A DNA stretch of 63,892 nt, the filler included, from Reclinomonas americana ATCC 50394 (taxonomy: Eukaryota): the NCBI GenBank assembly GCA_048213135.1. It is 5 parts of 3 records of this genome, joined end to end, with 100 filler letters (N's around TTAATTAATTAA, not from the genome) between each part and the next. Parts side by side here need not be neighbours in the genome. Positions count along the whole stretch, not along the records: positions 22,443 to 38,124 come from PS015311.1; positions 38,225 to 59,161 come from PS015311.1; 3 more parts are not named here. One strand, written 5' to 3'. Each line of letters opens with the position of its first letter. Positions within the stretch are counted from its first letter, which is position 1. Position numbers and translations under genes: made by a program. The notes below the pieces were generated by a model. The model did no database searches and was not told the DNA's origin. It saw only the letters and a list, made by a program, of their open reading frames with translations. Shown here piece by piece: positions 26,101 through 38,272 of this stretch.

Positions 26101-27706
26101 TGGGCGAATCACCAGCGCTCAGTTGCGTCATCCCTGCCTTGCTTCAACTGAGGAAGCATGAGTGGGATACTTACGTTTGTTATTGTCCATGCAGGGTCAC
26201 GGTATCCAGTACTACTCCAGTGGCGAGATTTATGAGGGGTGCGTGAGAGCAAGCTGATATCGCCGGTCATCCTTGCCTGACTGTCTCTTCTGCAGCGAGT
26301 GGTTGTCAAACAAGCGATGTGGCGATGGCACGCACTACTTTGTCAACGGAGACAAGTACGAGGGCGAGTGGCACGACGACAAGAAGAATGGCTTTGGCCG
26401 TCTTATTCGAGGTAAGGGGTGGAGAAAGAGTGCTCAGTTTCTGGTGATTTCTTTGCCCTCACTCTGCACGCAGCCAATCTCGATGTGTTCGAGGGCACAT
26501 GGGAGAACGACAAGCGCGAGGGTCCCGGAGTCTACTATTACTACTCGACGGGTCACAAGATGGAAGGCGAGTGGCACGACGATGTGGCGAGGTGTGGCGA
26601 AATGATGGCGTTGAGCGAGGGCGACAAGCGGGTAGACATGCCGCAGGTGAGGCAAGGGAAGAGAGGAGAGCACCGGAAGGGAGGATGAAGCAAGGGAAGA
26701 GAGGGGAGCACCGGAAGAGAAGATGGAGGGCATGAGGTGTTGGAGAGGGAAGGGATGGTGAGGGAACGAGCAGAAGATGACAGAGGATTAAGAGCATGAA
26801 GGGCAAGAGAGGGAGGGAGAAGAGTGACCAGGTGACCTGTGAGCTGTGCACCGGAGAAGATGGAGGGCATTAGGTGGAAGAGAAGGAAAGGGTTGGGAGG
26901 GAGATGGGTAGAAGACGACGTATGAGATGATTACATAGCCGCCAATGCATGAAGTGCAAGAGAAAGAAGGATGGGGAACGAGGAGAGCGACTCAGATGGC
27001 CTGTGAGTTGTGCGCCGGAAGGAAAGATTATGGGCCTGGACGGACGGGATTGTGAGGGAGGACAGTGAGCGAGCTGCACCAGATGAGGATTACAACGTCA
27101 CCATTGGGAGAGCATGAAGTGCAAGAGAAGGAGGGATGGTGATGGAAGAGAGTGAATGAGCTGTGCACCTGCTGAGAAGATTGCAAGATCACGATTGGAG
27201 TCGCAGCCGTGTGCACTCTTTCGCTTTTCAGCTTGCAGTGGTTTCATCTTCTCTGCTCCTTCTCAACCCTCGCCCCGCCGCAGAACGACCTGGTCGACCC
27301 GCGCACAGTGCTGGAAGACGGACTGGGTCGCGTCGAGATCCTCCGCCGGGAGGCTCGAGAGCGGCAGCGTGTGGCCGAGGAAGAGGCGCGCCGGGCGGCG
27401 GCTGGTGGCGCTCACGGCGACCTCACGACGACGACGGCGTCCTTTGACGAGGAGGCCATGTTTTATCAGGACGGATCGCGTGTGGCCGGAGTGCTGCGTT
27501 TCGACGACGAGTCGACAGAGGAGGCGAGGAATCGGAGTGCCGGTCGTGGCAGTCACGGCCGCGCTGCTGCTGCTGCTGGCGACGATGACGAGGAGGACGA
27601 GTATGAAGACGTGGACGGAGAAGACTATGACGACGAAGAGGGCATGGAGGGCTACGGGTACGACGACGAGGACGAGGAGAGCCTCCCAGAAAAGGCCACC
27701 ATATGA
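23118..27706 (+). CDS. divergent kinesin motor domain fused to MORN3-like MORN repeats and an acidic tail; 5' end not resolved
   Basis: VGVRVRPL, LAGVNTSLMVYGPSHSGKNYTLFG, GILRR, ISMMEVNADKVRDLL, IVQGLS, HTVF, YVPYDETRLTSVLRNEIGGN; then YTGQW/YEGEW/YKGNW MORN repeats; stop 27704-27706. Confidence 0.8.
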
Positions 27707-27795
27707 GGAGGTTTTGAGAGAAGATCACCAACCCAACGACCCCCTATGTACGCATGTTGATTGTGAATTCATTTTCTCCTCCCTCTTGTGCACCC

Positions 27796-30079
27796 TTACT
27801 TTCTCCGCTTCCGCTTCACCGCTGGCTCGCCACTGTCGGTAGAAGGCTCGGCGGCCGCGCGCTTAGCCGCCGATGAGCGTGTCAATCGCCTCGGCACCAA
27901 GTCGCTCATCTCTGCATCCTCCTGTTTGACAGCGGCCGGTGGCAGTGGCGGATCAGTTTCCTCTTCATCTTCGTCGTCATCGGCAACCTCGGTCTTGCGG
28001 CTGGCACGCTTCTTGGCCGGCTTGGCGGATTTGCCGTGGTACTGTGTCACGGCACCCTGCGCTGCGGCGGCCTTGCGATTGCGATGCGCGGTGCGCGCCA
28101 CACGCTGAGCCACACCGAGAATGCCACTGTCTTCCACCTTCATCGGTGCGGCCGCCGTGGTGGCAGCCGTGGACGACGACGACGACGACGACGAGGCATC
28201 GGGGGTTGGAGGGAATGGACGCTGCATTCCACAAATGAGTGCACGGAGATACAAGCAGAGCTGGCGCATAACNNNNNNNNNNNNNNNNNNNNNNNNNNNN
28301 NNNNNNNNNNNNNNNNNNNNNNNNNNNNNNNNNNNNNNNNNNNNNNNNNNNNNNNNNNNNNNNNNNNNNNNNNNNNNNNNNNNNNNNNNNNNNNNNNNNN
28401 NNNNNNNNNNNNNNNNNNNNNNNNNNNNNNNNNNNNNNNNNNNNNNNNNNNNNNNNNNNNNNNNNNNNNNNNNNNNNNNNNNNNNNNNNNNNNNNNNNNN
28501 NNNNNNNNNNNNNNNNAAACCGGCGACACTTTCTTGCCCTTGAAGAGCGGGCCCACCGGACCAAAGTACCACATGGTGCGCCCTCCGGCGTCCGTCACGC
28601 ACGCGCCTTTGCCGTAGCAGCGCAGCCAGTTCTCGAAACGCTTCTCGTCCTTGGTCGACACGCCGTACTCTGTGCGAGGGAGGCGCAGAATAAGTGAAAT
28701 AACAAACAGGAAGGAGAGAGATCGCGTCGCATACCAAATCCTTGCGCCACCACCTCCAGCGGTACATCGCGACATAAGGCGAGAAACTCTTCCGCCTGCG
28801 GTCCCTGCAGCACATCTCGCGCACGCGCAAAGGGCGGAATGCCTGCCAGTCACAAACGATGAGTTGCTTGAGGAGAGACGACGAGAGAGAGACACACACA
28901 CGCAACGAGCGCGGCAGAGGATCTCGGCGCGCAGATAATTGCCCATCCCGTTGAAGTAGGCCTGATCGAGCATCACCTCGCAGATGGCACGATTGAAGAT
29001 CTGCTTCTGCGATGAGATGCAGGCGAGAGGCGGATAAGGGGCGAGCAGAGCACTCACGTTGGCGTCGACGCTGGAGAGCAGGTGTGCACGAAATGCGTCG
29101 AATTCCTGCGNNNNNNNNNNNNNNNNNNNNNNNNNNNNNNNNNNNNNNNNNNNNNNNNNNNNNNNNNNNNNNNNNNNNNNNNNNNNNNNNNNNNNNNNNN
29201 NNNNNNNNNNNNNNNNNNNNNNNNNNNNNNNNNNNNNNNNNNNNAGAAGAAGAAGGAGGAGGAGGAGGAGGAGGAGGAGGAGGAGGAGGAGGAGGAGGAG
29301 GAGGGAGAAGGAGAAGTGAGGAGGAGTAGATCGAGAAGAAGAAGAAGAACAACAAGAAAAACAAAAACATGAAGAAAAAGAAGAAGCAAAAGACGGAGGA
29401 GAAGAAGAACAACAAGAACAAGAAGAACAAGAAGCAAAAGATGGAGAAGAAGAAGAAGAAGAAAAACAACAGCATAAAGAACATGAAGAATAGGAAGAGG
29501 AAGGAGACAACTGATCCCTCGCCACAAACACACCGTCGTCGGATCAGGACTGCGCGTCTGCGTATTGAATTCGCCCAGCTCCCACCCTCCAAAGCGACGC
29601 GCATCGACAAAGCTGCAGCGACAACGATCGACGTGAGAAACCCTCGGAAAAAGAAAGCAGCAACAGCAGCAGGAAGACGAAACGCGACAATGGTGCCATC
29701 AGTTGCATGAAACATGCAATGCGCATGCTTTGGCAGTGCACTCCCATCGTTGACCACTGAGATGTGGCCCGACATGCCGAAATGGAACAGGAGGCGACAC
29801 TGCATGCAAACAATGAACTCCACAGTCTCAATCAAGCAACAGGCAACGATCGCTCACCTCTCCTCCTCCTCCTCCTCCTCCTCCATCACTCACACACGTG
29901 ATCACCATCTCCTTGCCTCGCGACTGCGCGGAGAGTCGACACGGCACTGGCACATGCGGAATCAGAGAGATCTGCTTCTGCAGCGAGACCTCTGAGTGTG
30001 AGACGCGATAGAACACGCGGCCAGTGGCCACAGTGTTGATCTTGAGAGCGGCGAGACGGAGCTCCGGCAGCTCCGGCAT
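27796..30079 (-). CDS. NEIL1: endonuclease VIII-like 1 DNA glycosylase (Fpg/Nei family)
   Basis: N-terminal MPELPEL, RGKEM, FHFGMSG, AFVDARRFG, H2TH LDQAYFNGMGNYLRAEILCRARIPPF, zincless finger DAGGRTMWYFGPVGPL, basic disordered tail ending KRKRRK. Confidence 0.9.
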
Positions 30080-30592
30080 TGGGCAGCAAAGAAAGAGGAA
30101 TGGTCGATGTCGACTTGCTGTCTAAAAGCAGTTTCGAGGTCGACTTGCTGACAACACAGAACAGAGAAGCTAATCACCTGCCCGTGTACCGCCAAGGTAC
30201 TCGACACGAGGAAGTCGAACGATCGACTGTGGTTGCGCTTCTGCTGGTATTGCAAATGCAAATATTGACTTCGACTCCGTCGACGTTGCTAGCAGTGGCG
30301 CTTATAGCACAACTGCAATCCCATCTCCACCTTGCGCCTTGAGCCTCCGCCATCTCGCGTCAGTATCTGGTTTGTGCGACATGTACTGTACAGCAGAATG
30401 TATACCAAACGTTCGGAATTACATGTTAAAACCCCTGCGCTCGTTGTAACACAGCGCATGCAGTTGTCGAGGTTGTCGAGCATCAAAGGCGACGAGACGG
30501 CGCCCTCTTTGTGCGTGTCCTGCGGCTTCAACGAACCCCGTCGGACAATAAGTGCGTGTGAACGCAAGCACACACATTCCCTCTCACCTCAA

Positions 30593-31567
30593 ATGTTCTG
30601 GCTCCTCCTCTCCCTCCTCCTTCTCCTCGCCCTCTTCATCACACTGGTGTGGCGCGCATTCGGCCGCCTCCTCGTGTGGTCACTCGCACAGCGCCTCCCC
30701 GTCAAGGTCATTCGCGGACCCGACGGGAAGCCCTTTCTGGAGCGGTACCACCTGTTTGCCTCCCGCGCAGGCGGCCTCAATGTGATGCTGCATCGCTTCG
30801 TGGCCAGTGACCCCGATCGCGGTTTCCACAATCATCCGTGGAAGTGGGGAGTCTCCTTCATTCTGTGCGGAGGCTACGAGGAGCTGCTGGTGAAACGCGC
30901 TGATGCACCAGTGGAGGAGCGTGTGCGACGTGTGTTTCGTGCGCCGAGCATCAACTGGCTAGATCCGACGCACTATCATCGCGTGCTGGTGCCGCCTGGA
31001 GGCGACGCATGGACGCTCTTTGTGTGTGGTCATCGTGTGCGACTGTGGGGCTTTTTGGCGCACCCCGACGCGCAGCGGTATGCGGGCGATGGGGCGACGG
31101 CGAGCGACTATTACAGTCGAACGGGCACTGCGCGGCGGCTGCAGTCGGCGCCTGGTGGGGACGATGTGAACTTTTCGTCGCCGGAGTTGTCGTTTGTGCC
31201 ATTTGCGCACACGGTGGAGGCTCCGGATGCGGGCTGGTGGAAGACGGCGCCGCGAGGGGCGGCGCATCCACTGGCGGCGCCTGTGCACTGTCCGCGCAAG
31301 CGGCTGCTGGTGCTGCTCAGCGGCAAGCGCGGCTCGGGCAAGGACTACGTGGCGCATCAGTTGGAGGCGCAGTGGGGCCGTAATGCGTGTCGCGTCTTCC
31401 GCATTGGCGATGCCACGAAGCGCGCGTACGCCGAGGCCGAGTCGGTGGATTTCGAGCGTCTGGTGCGCGATCGTGCCTTCAAGGAGCAACACCGGGCCGG
31501 TCTGACGGCGCTCTACGAGAGGCTGAGTGCAGCGGACCAGCTGTTTGAGTGCCACACCACGCACGCG
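30593..31567 (+). CDS. intronless ORF: N-terminal TM anchor, cupin-like (HxHPW) domain, animal-type phosphomevalonate kinase domain; runs into a 20-N gap
   Basis: MFWLLLSLLLLLALFITLVW; FLERYHL..LNVMLHRFVASDPDRGFHNHPWKWGVSFILCGGYEE; LLVLLSGKRGSGKDYVA...RIGDATKRAYAEAESVDFERLVRDRAFKEQHR resembles PMVK. Confidence 0.75.
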
Positions 31568-31587
31568 NNNNNNNNNNNNNNNNNNNN

Positions 31588-32257
31588 GCTGCCGCAGCAC
31601 GTCGGCGCGCCGGTCACCGTCGTCGGGTGCTTGCCGGAGCCGGTGTATCTGTGGACCGAGGCGTTGCAGGCGTACTATCGTGCGCCGGCGGCTAACGCTT
31701 TCGCTCTGCAGCTCCTGTGCACCACGACACGCGTCGATGCACTGCGACAAGTGTGGCACGAGTGGCATCTGCAGGCGCGCACGGCGCTGGCCGAGGGCCG
31801 CGTTCCCGTGGTGTTCATAGAGCGCTCGTGGGAGTCGGACGTGCACGTATTCGGCGCCGTGCGACGCGATCTCGGCCTGCTGGAACCGTCGCAGCTGGCG
31901 TTCCTGGAGGCGCTCAAGGAGCGCGAGGAGGTGAGCGATGGGCGCCCTCTGCCGCTGCTCGACGGCGTGATTCACATGCGGCCGAGTCTCGACGAGTGCG
32001 CGCGTCGCATGGCGCAGCGAGCGCGCTCGGGTGAGGTGGTGCCGGCAGAGTATCAGGCCGCCCTGCGTGCCGCCGAAGATCGCTGGGTGGCCTCGCAGCA
32101 GCCGGTACTGAGCATGGACGGCGACGAAGCGGAATTCGAGGGCGAGCAGCGCGCAGAGAGGAGGCAGCAGATTGGCGCCGACGTGACGGCCTTTGTGCTG
32201 CAGCTGCATCGTCGGTACGCGGGTGGCAATGGCGTGGGTGACAAGAAGAGGGAGTGA
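31588..32257 (+). CDS. deoxynucleoside kinase-family domain (P-loop probably lies in the gap); possibly the C-terminus of the 30593 ORF
   Basis: LPEPVYLW..LQAYY...AFALQL, FIERSWESDVHVF, DGVIHMRPSLDECARRMAQRARSGE..PAEY: dNK EP, ERS and lid R-x-x-x-R-x-R motifs; no introns. Confidence 0.75.
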
Positions 32258-32368
32258 TCATGAATGAAGGAGCAGCAAGGGAGGGCGTGCTTGGAAGTTT
32301 TGATATGTCCCGTTGCCCTCTCCGTCCCAAGTCATCGTCGTTGGTCGTTTGTGCGGGAGAACAACAGC

Positions 32369-35323
32369 ATGGGCTCCTGCTCGTCCACTGCCGCAGGGGC
32401 GCACACCTCTCGGCCTCCATCGGCCGCAGAGCATCAAGCAGCAGCACAAACACAACCTCCACCCTCCACAATAGGCGCGCGGGAAAGCCGAGGCACTCGC
32501 GTTCTGCTCGGACGCGGATCGATGGTCGATCGCATTCGTGAGCGTGCTGAGGACCTGGAACTGGCACTCAGCGATCTCATTCAGCTCATTGGCGGTGCTC
32601 AGTTGGTGCGATGACACAGCAGAGCATCCATCGATTTCGTCCCAAATTCACACAATGTGTGTGCGCGCGCACAGAGTGATCTGAAGAAGGTCTTCAAGGA
32701 GGAGGTCGGTGTGGGTGCACAAGACTTCTCGCCAGCCTTTGTCAAGGCCAGTGAGGAGGCGCTCAAGTGGATCTATCGCGCACTCGAGTACTTTCCTCGT
32801 TGCGTCATGATTGAGGCCACAGAGAGAGTGCGAGAGTGTCGCACAGCTGCTCACGTGCCTCTGTGCAGATGAGCTGGAGGAAAAGCTGGGTCCACGAAAG
32901 GCGCCTCCTCCTCCGCCTCCACCACCTCCACAAGCAGTCTATCAGCAACCACCACCGTTGGTGCAGTCGCCTCAGGCTCCACCTCCACACCAGCAACCGC
33001 AACCTTCTCAGTCTCAGCCTCCACAACCCTCGTCCCCGCGTTCGCGCGCTCAGCAGCAAGACCAGGACCTGTCAGTTTCGTCTCCTTCTCACTCAGTCTT
33101 CTTCTCGGTTGCCTTGTCGCTGACTGGTGAGCAGCACGGCAATGGTCCCGCGTTCCAGACGCCCACCGAGTCATTCAGGTGCGCAGATGGACAGCCTCCT
33201 GCGTGCTTCTTCACCAGGCTCACTCACTCTGTGCTTGTTTGTTCCGATAGTGGTTCTGCCCCTGCGCAACCCCGCAATGCGTCGCCGCCAGTGCTGCGAC
33301 CGAGTGTGGACGTGTCGGACACGGTGAGACGTGCGCAGGAGTCGGCGAGTCGTGCGCGTGCGGTCAAGGATCTCGGCGGCGATGGCATGCGAGTGCAGGA
33401 TGCGCAGGAAGACGGAGCATCGCCAGTGGAACCTGTTCGCGAGAGCCCGTATCATCGACCGCCAAGTCGTGGTGGTGCGTTTTCACCACTCCTTCACTCC
33501 CTCTCCCCCTCCCTTCTGTGTCTCTCGTAGCGGACGCTGATTCATCCACCCACAGGTAATCGCTACAACCGCGTGCCATCGGCCAAGTCACGCCCCGCCA
33601 CAGACCCAGCACCCGATCCACAAGCTCCACGCGCGACATACATGGGCAGCAACAGCAACCAGCGGCCGGCTGACTCGTCGTCGTCGCCCACTCTCATGTT
33701 TGAAGGAGTGGGACCGGTGGCGCCCACCGTGCCTCGAGCGACCAACAGCGCTCAATTCGAGTCACTCTCCAAGCCGGGATCGACGTCGCCACGCAACGCC
33801 GACTCCAACAACAATCGACCGGTATCGGAAGATGTTCCGCCCAGCTCACAGCAACAGCAGCAGCAGCAACCGCCGCGTGAACCGTCGCCAACCACCCGCG
33901 AGCGCAACATGTTTGGTCCGCGCGCCCCAGCTCCGTATGCCGCCACCAACCCCGAGGGCGACGGCGCCGCCAAGAGCGGACGAGACAGGAGGCAGGCGGC
34001 CGACGAGCGCCTCCGTCGCGAGCAAGACGCGCAGGAGAATGCGTCGCGCAACAAGCCGCCGGCACCCTCGGCGGAGAATGCACTGGCACGACCCAACCCG
34101 TTCAAGTCGTTGCCGCGACCCATCCCCATGGGCATGCCGACCGGCGCCTCCTCGTCGTCCTCCAGTTTCGAGAACGACCGATTCCGCGGACCACCGCCGC
34201 ACTCTGCGTACGGACCGCCAGATCAAGGACCGCGATACTCGGCGGCGGCAGCGCCACCGGGCGCGAATGGCTATCGGCCGGTTACCACCTCGTATGCGCC
34301 ATCATCATTCGGCAGTGCGTTTGAGGAGATGCCGGGCTACGGGCGCGGCATGGGTCCGCCACCACCGCCGCCACCACCACCGCCACCCCAGATGTGGGAC
34401 GACATGTACGGTGGAGGTGGCAACATGGCGCCACCGGATCCCTATTACGGGTGCGTGTTGTTTGCAAAGTGTGTTTGACGGCGGCTGTCAACTCATCTCT
34501 CTTTTCGTGCAGTGATCGGTGGGGCAATGGACCATCACGCGGCGGCATGCCACCGCCGTTCATGGGAGGACCACCACCACCGCCTCCGCCACCATTCGAC
34601 CCGTACATGGATCCAACGCAGAGGGGAGGACGACCATTTGGTGGTGGTGGTGGTGGTTTCGACCCGTATGGACCTCCGCCACCACCGCCATCCATGTATG
34701 GAAACGCAGGCAGTTGCGTCCATTTGGCACAGCCAGCCAGTTGTCTTGCGTTGCATCTCACACTTTCTCACCCGCAGTGTTTGATCCGTACTCGGCCATG
34801 CCGCCTCCTGGTGCCGTTCCACGCGATGGGCGGCAGGGATGGGGTGGTGGAGGTGGTGGCGGTGGTGGCTGGGATCGCGGCAACAGTGGTGGCGCGCCGT
34901 ATGGTCACGATCGGATTGTGGAGATACCGGACGATGCTGCGTCGCACGACGGGTGAGTCTTGTGATCAGCTCTTCTTGACTCGCTCTTCGCCTCGCACCC
35001 TGTTCTGCACAATAGAACATGAGCATCTACCAGTGATCGCCGCTCTTCGCTTCGCACCTTTTCTGCCCTCGTCTCATTCTCCCTTCTCCTTCACTTTCTT
35101 CTCCTTCTTCCTTCTCCCTCTCTCCCTCGATTCTTACCATTCTGTTTGCTACCACAGCGACTGGTCCACCAACAATCCACTTGGCCCTCCTGCTCCACCA
35201 CCGCCACCACAATCGTCATCGTCATCCGCCTCAGCCGCCAACTCGTCCTCCGCGTCGTCGGCGGCAGCGTCGGAGGCAGCCCAACGGCTGCGCAATGCAC
35301 GATACGGCCGCCCCTCACGATGA
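32369..35323 (+). CDS. N-acylated (MGSCSS) protein with helical N-domain and long Pro/Gln/Gly/Tyr low-complexity region
   Basis: ATG 32369 MGSCSSTAA; 8 phase-consistent GT-AG introns; recurrent FDPY/DPYY/PPPP motifs; TGA 35321-35323. Confidence 0.65.
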
Positions 35324-36181
35324 GGTGTACAACAATAACAACTTTTACTTTCCACTTTTATTAAAGGCACAACTAACGAGTAGACAATTTTGTCGCAAGT
35401 GAGAGAAACTGGTGTGGAGAGAGTGAGGGGCCGAATCCGAGACAGTTTGCTGGCACAGCGCACGTTTGTAGCTGACTGTGCGTGAAAGACACTCGCCTTT
35501 TGCTGCGTCGACGCGGCACACGCGATACAGAACTCATGACTCATTGATTGCCCCTGTATCCAAGTTGTCAATCATCAAGGCTCCACGCGCAGTGCCACAG
35601 GGTCTTCTCTGTGTCGCGCGAACATGAACCTTGCGAACATGCAATCATGTGCATTTTGGTGCAGATCGCGGTGGGCGGTTGCGGCACAGGGAATCGTTGT
35701 TGTTTTGCCTTCACTCTCTTCGCGTAACGTTCGATTTCATCGGACACGATCACGTGCTGCTTCTCCTTCTTTCCTCCCTCTCCCGGCCCGCACACCTCGC
35801 ACCTGCTGGTATCGCCCAAATGAGTCACACCACCACTCGGGCGCGCACCGCACGCGCACTGCGGGCAGTGAGAAAAGCGAGTTGTTCCGAGTCGTCCAGA
35901 AAGAAGCAGATTGTTCCGTCCACAACCATTTTGTCACGGGTCGTGCGAGAGAAGGGACACCTCGATCAAAAAATCGTCACTGTGCCCCCTCTCCCTCTCA
36001 CACACACTCCGTCACACACACACACACACGACACGCACACGCACACGTTTCTCTCTCACACACACGAGGAGCAAGCATCGCATTTCTACGGGCGCGCACG
36101 AAAACCTCGTGAAAATCCTGCGCGGCTCTCGCGACTGCACGTGACACGGACTCTCTCTCTCTCTCCCGCTCTCGTTTGCCA

Positions 36182-38124
36182 ATGGAGTCGTCATCATCAC
36201 TACTGTTGCTGAGCGCAACAGATTCCACACTGGCTTCCTCCTCCACCGCCGCAACTTGCATACCCGGTGAGTCCAGAGAGAGAGTTGTTCCTTATCGACT
36301 CTCTGTCTTCTTGTCACACGGAGAGAGAATGTCTCACTCTCCTCGCCTCGTCTGTGCAGAGTTGGCGATCTTGTTTGAGGACGACACCACTGTGGCAACA
36401 GCAGCAACAACAGTGGAGGATGCGGAGCGGTGGTCAGAGATCAGACTTGCCGCGGCTCGCAAACTCTGGCTCCTCACATATCGTTGCGCGCGCACCTGAT
36501 CACTCTCTATCATAACCTGTCTCACTCACTGTCTCTCTCACACACAGAGCGACGCTTCTATGCTGGCGAGGTGATCCCTCCCGCGGCGCTTCTTCGCATG
36601 TTGGAGCTGGTCGACAATGACAGTGAGGACACGCGGCTGCGCGTGGCAGTGGGCGGTGCGTTGAGCAACCTGCTGTCGACGTCGTGCTCGGCACAGGATG
36701 CCCTGTGTGAGAGCGGCGGCGTCGAGCGTCTCGTCAAGCTTCTGTCCCGTATCTGCGCCTTGTCCGCTTCATCAGCAGCAGCAGCGGCGGCGGCTGCGGC
36801 GGCGGCTGCGGCGGCTGCTGCTGCCGCGGCTGCTGAGCACAACTCAGGACGACGCATGCTGGATGGTGAGTGCCTTGTGCGCCAGTCGCTCTTTGTGTGC
36901 CAGTCGCTCAACTCGTGCACGCCAACAGATCTCGGCTTCAACGATGCGATCATTGTCAAGAGCGGACTCACGGACTGGGCGCGCAACTCGCGTGCCCTCG
37001 GCGATGGTCGTATTCACCGCCACCAGCATTACCCGCACAAGGCGCCGCCAACGGCGCCGCCTTCGTCGACGGCGGTCAAGTCGGCGGTGGGCGACGACAG
37101 ATATCAGCACCGGAGACCACCACCGGCGCCGGTGCGGCCGTCGTCGGCCATGGCGGTGCGGTCTGGTGAGCAGCAGCAGCAGCAGCAGCAGCAGCGATCG
37201 ACGCTCATGTCGGTGGCATCGCTGGCCACGCATGCGTCGGCAACGGCACTGGTGATGATGGGCGGCTCGGCGGCGGATCACATCCTCATCGAAGACATTG
37301 TGGAGTACGATGACGACGACGACGAGGATGATGATGATGACGAGGAGGTGGAGGGTGTTGACGATGATGAGGATGAGGAGGAGGAGGAGGAAGAGGAAGA
37401 TGACGAGGGCGAGGAGGAGGAGGAGGAGGAGGACGATGAGGAGACCGGCCATCGCCGTCGACACCACCGTCACCACCACCGGCGCCACCACGGTCGTCAC
37501 CGCCACCGCAGCAACTCGGCAGTGTCGACGCTCAGCGACGAGGACGTGGACGACGATGCGGACGATGACGGGTGCTTGCTGGAGGGCGAGGCGGCTCAGG
37601 CGATGGTGTCGTCGTCGTCGGCGAAGCGAATTCGGCCAGAGTCGAGACGGCGTCACCGCTCTCACCACCACCACCACCATCACCACCATCAGCGCATGGG
37701 CCGAGTGCTGCTGGCGGCGGAGGGCGATATCGACGGAGTCCGCGATGCCGCGGAGGAGGAGGCGGCGGCCGCCGCCGCCGCTGATGCTGCTGGCGATAGC
37801 ACACCGACGTCGGCAGCCACGGCATCGAGCTCGTCGGCCGACATGTACTCGGACGATGCCGAGAGCGGCATCATGACGGCGGAGGAGGCGGAGGACGACA
37901 TGTCGTCGGCGTCGTCCACGGCAGCGGTGGCCGGCACCAGGGCCCCGCGCATGCTGCTGGACGACGAGAGTGGAGCACTGGCCGTGTCGGTGGCCAACGA
38001 TGTGGCGGCCATGGCGGTGGAGCTGGTCGTCGATGGTGGCGCACCTCCGCGCCCCGTCGCCGCCTCCACGTCATCGTCTCACAACGGCACTGCCTCGACA
38101 TCGTCTGGCTCCTCATCGTCGTCG
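36182..38124 (+). CDS. armadillo-like repeat protein with polyA, polyQ, acidic and His tracts; 3'-truncated
   Basis: RLAAARKLWLLTY, ALSNLLSTSCSAQDALCESGGVERLVKLL (ARM consensus); introns at 36267, 36483-36547, 36866. Confidence 0.65.
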
Positions 38125-38224
38125 NNNNNNNNNNNNNNNNNNNNNNNNNNNNNNNNNNNNNNNNNNNNTTAATTAATTAANNNNNNNNNNNNNNNNNNNN
38201 NNNNNNNNNNNNNNNNNNNNNNNN
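38125..38224. other. artificial contig-join linker
   Basis: TTAATTAATTAA at 38169-38180 flanked by N-runs. Confidence 0.95.
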
Positions 38225-38272
38225 AAAGTAATGTTGTGAGACTGACATTTGTGTCTTATTTGCTCACTGCAG

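Noticed and set aside
30959..32209. Long antisense ORFs (also 40233-41303 and 53642-54556)
   Set aside because: Shadows of GC-rich coding sequence on the opposite strand, with no recognisable motifs
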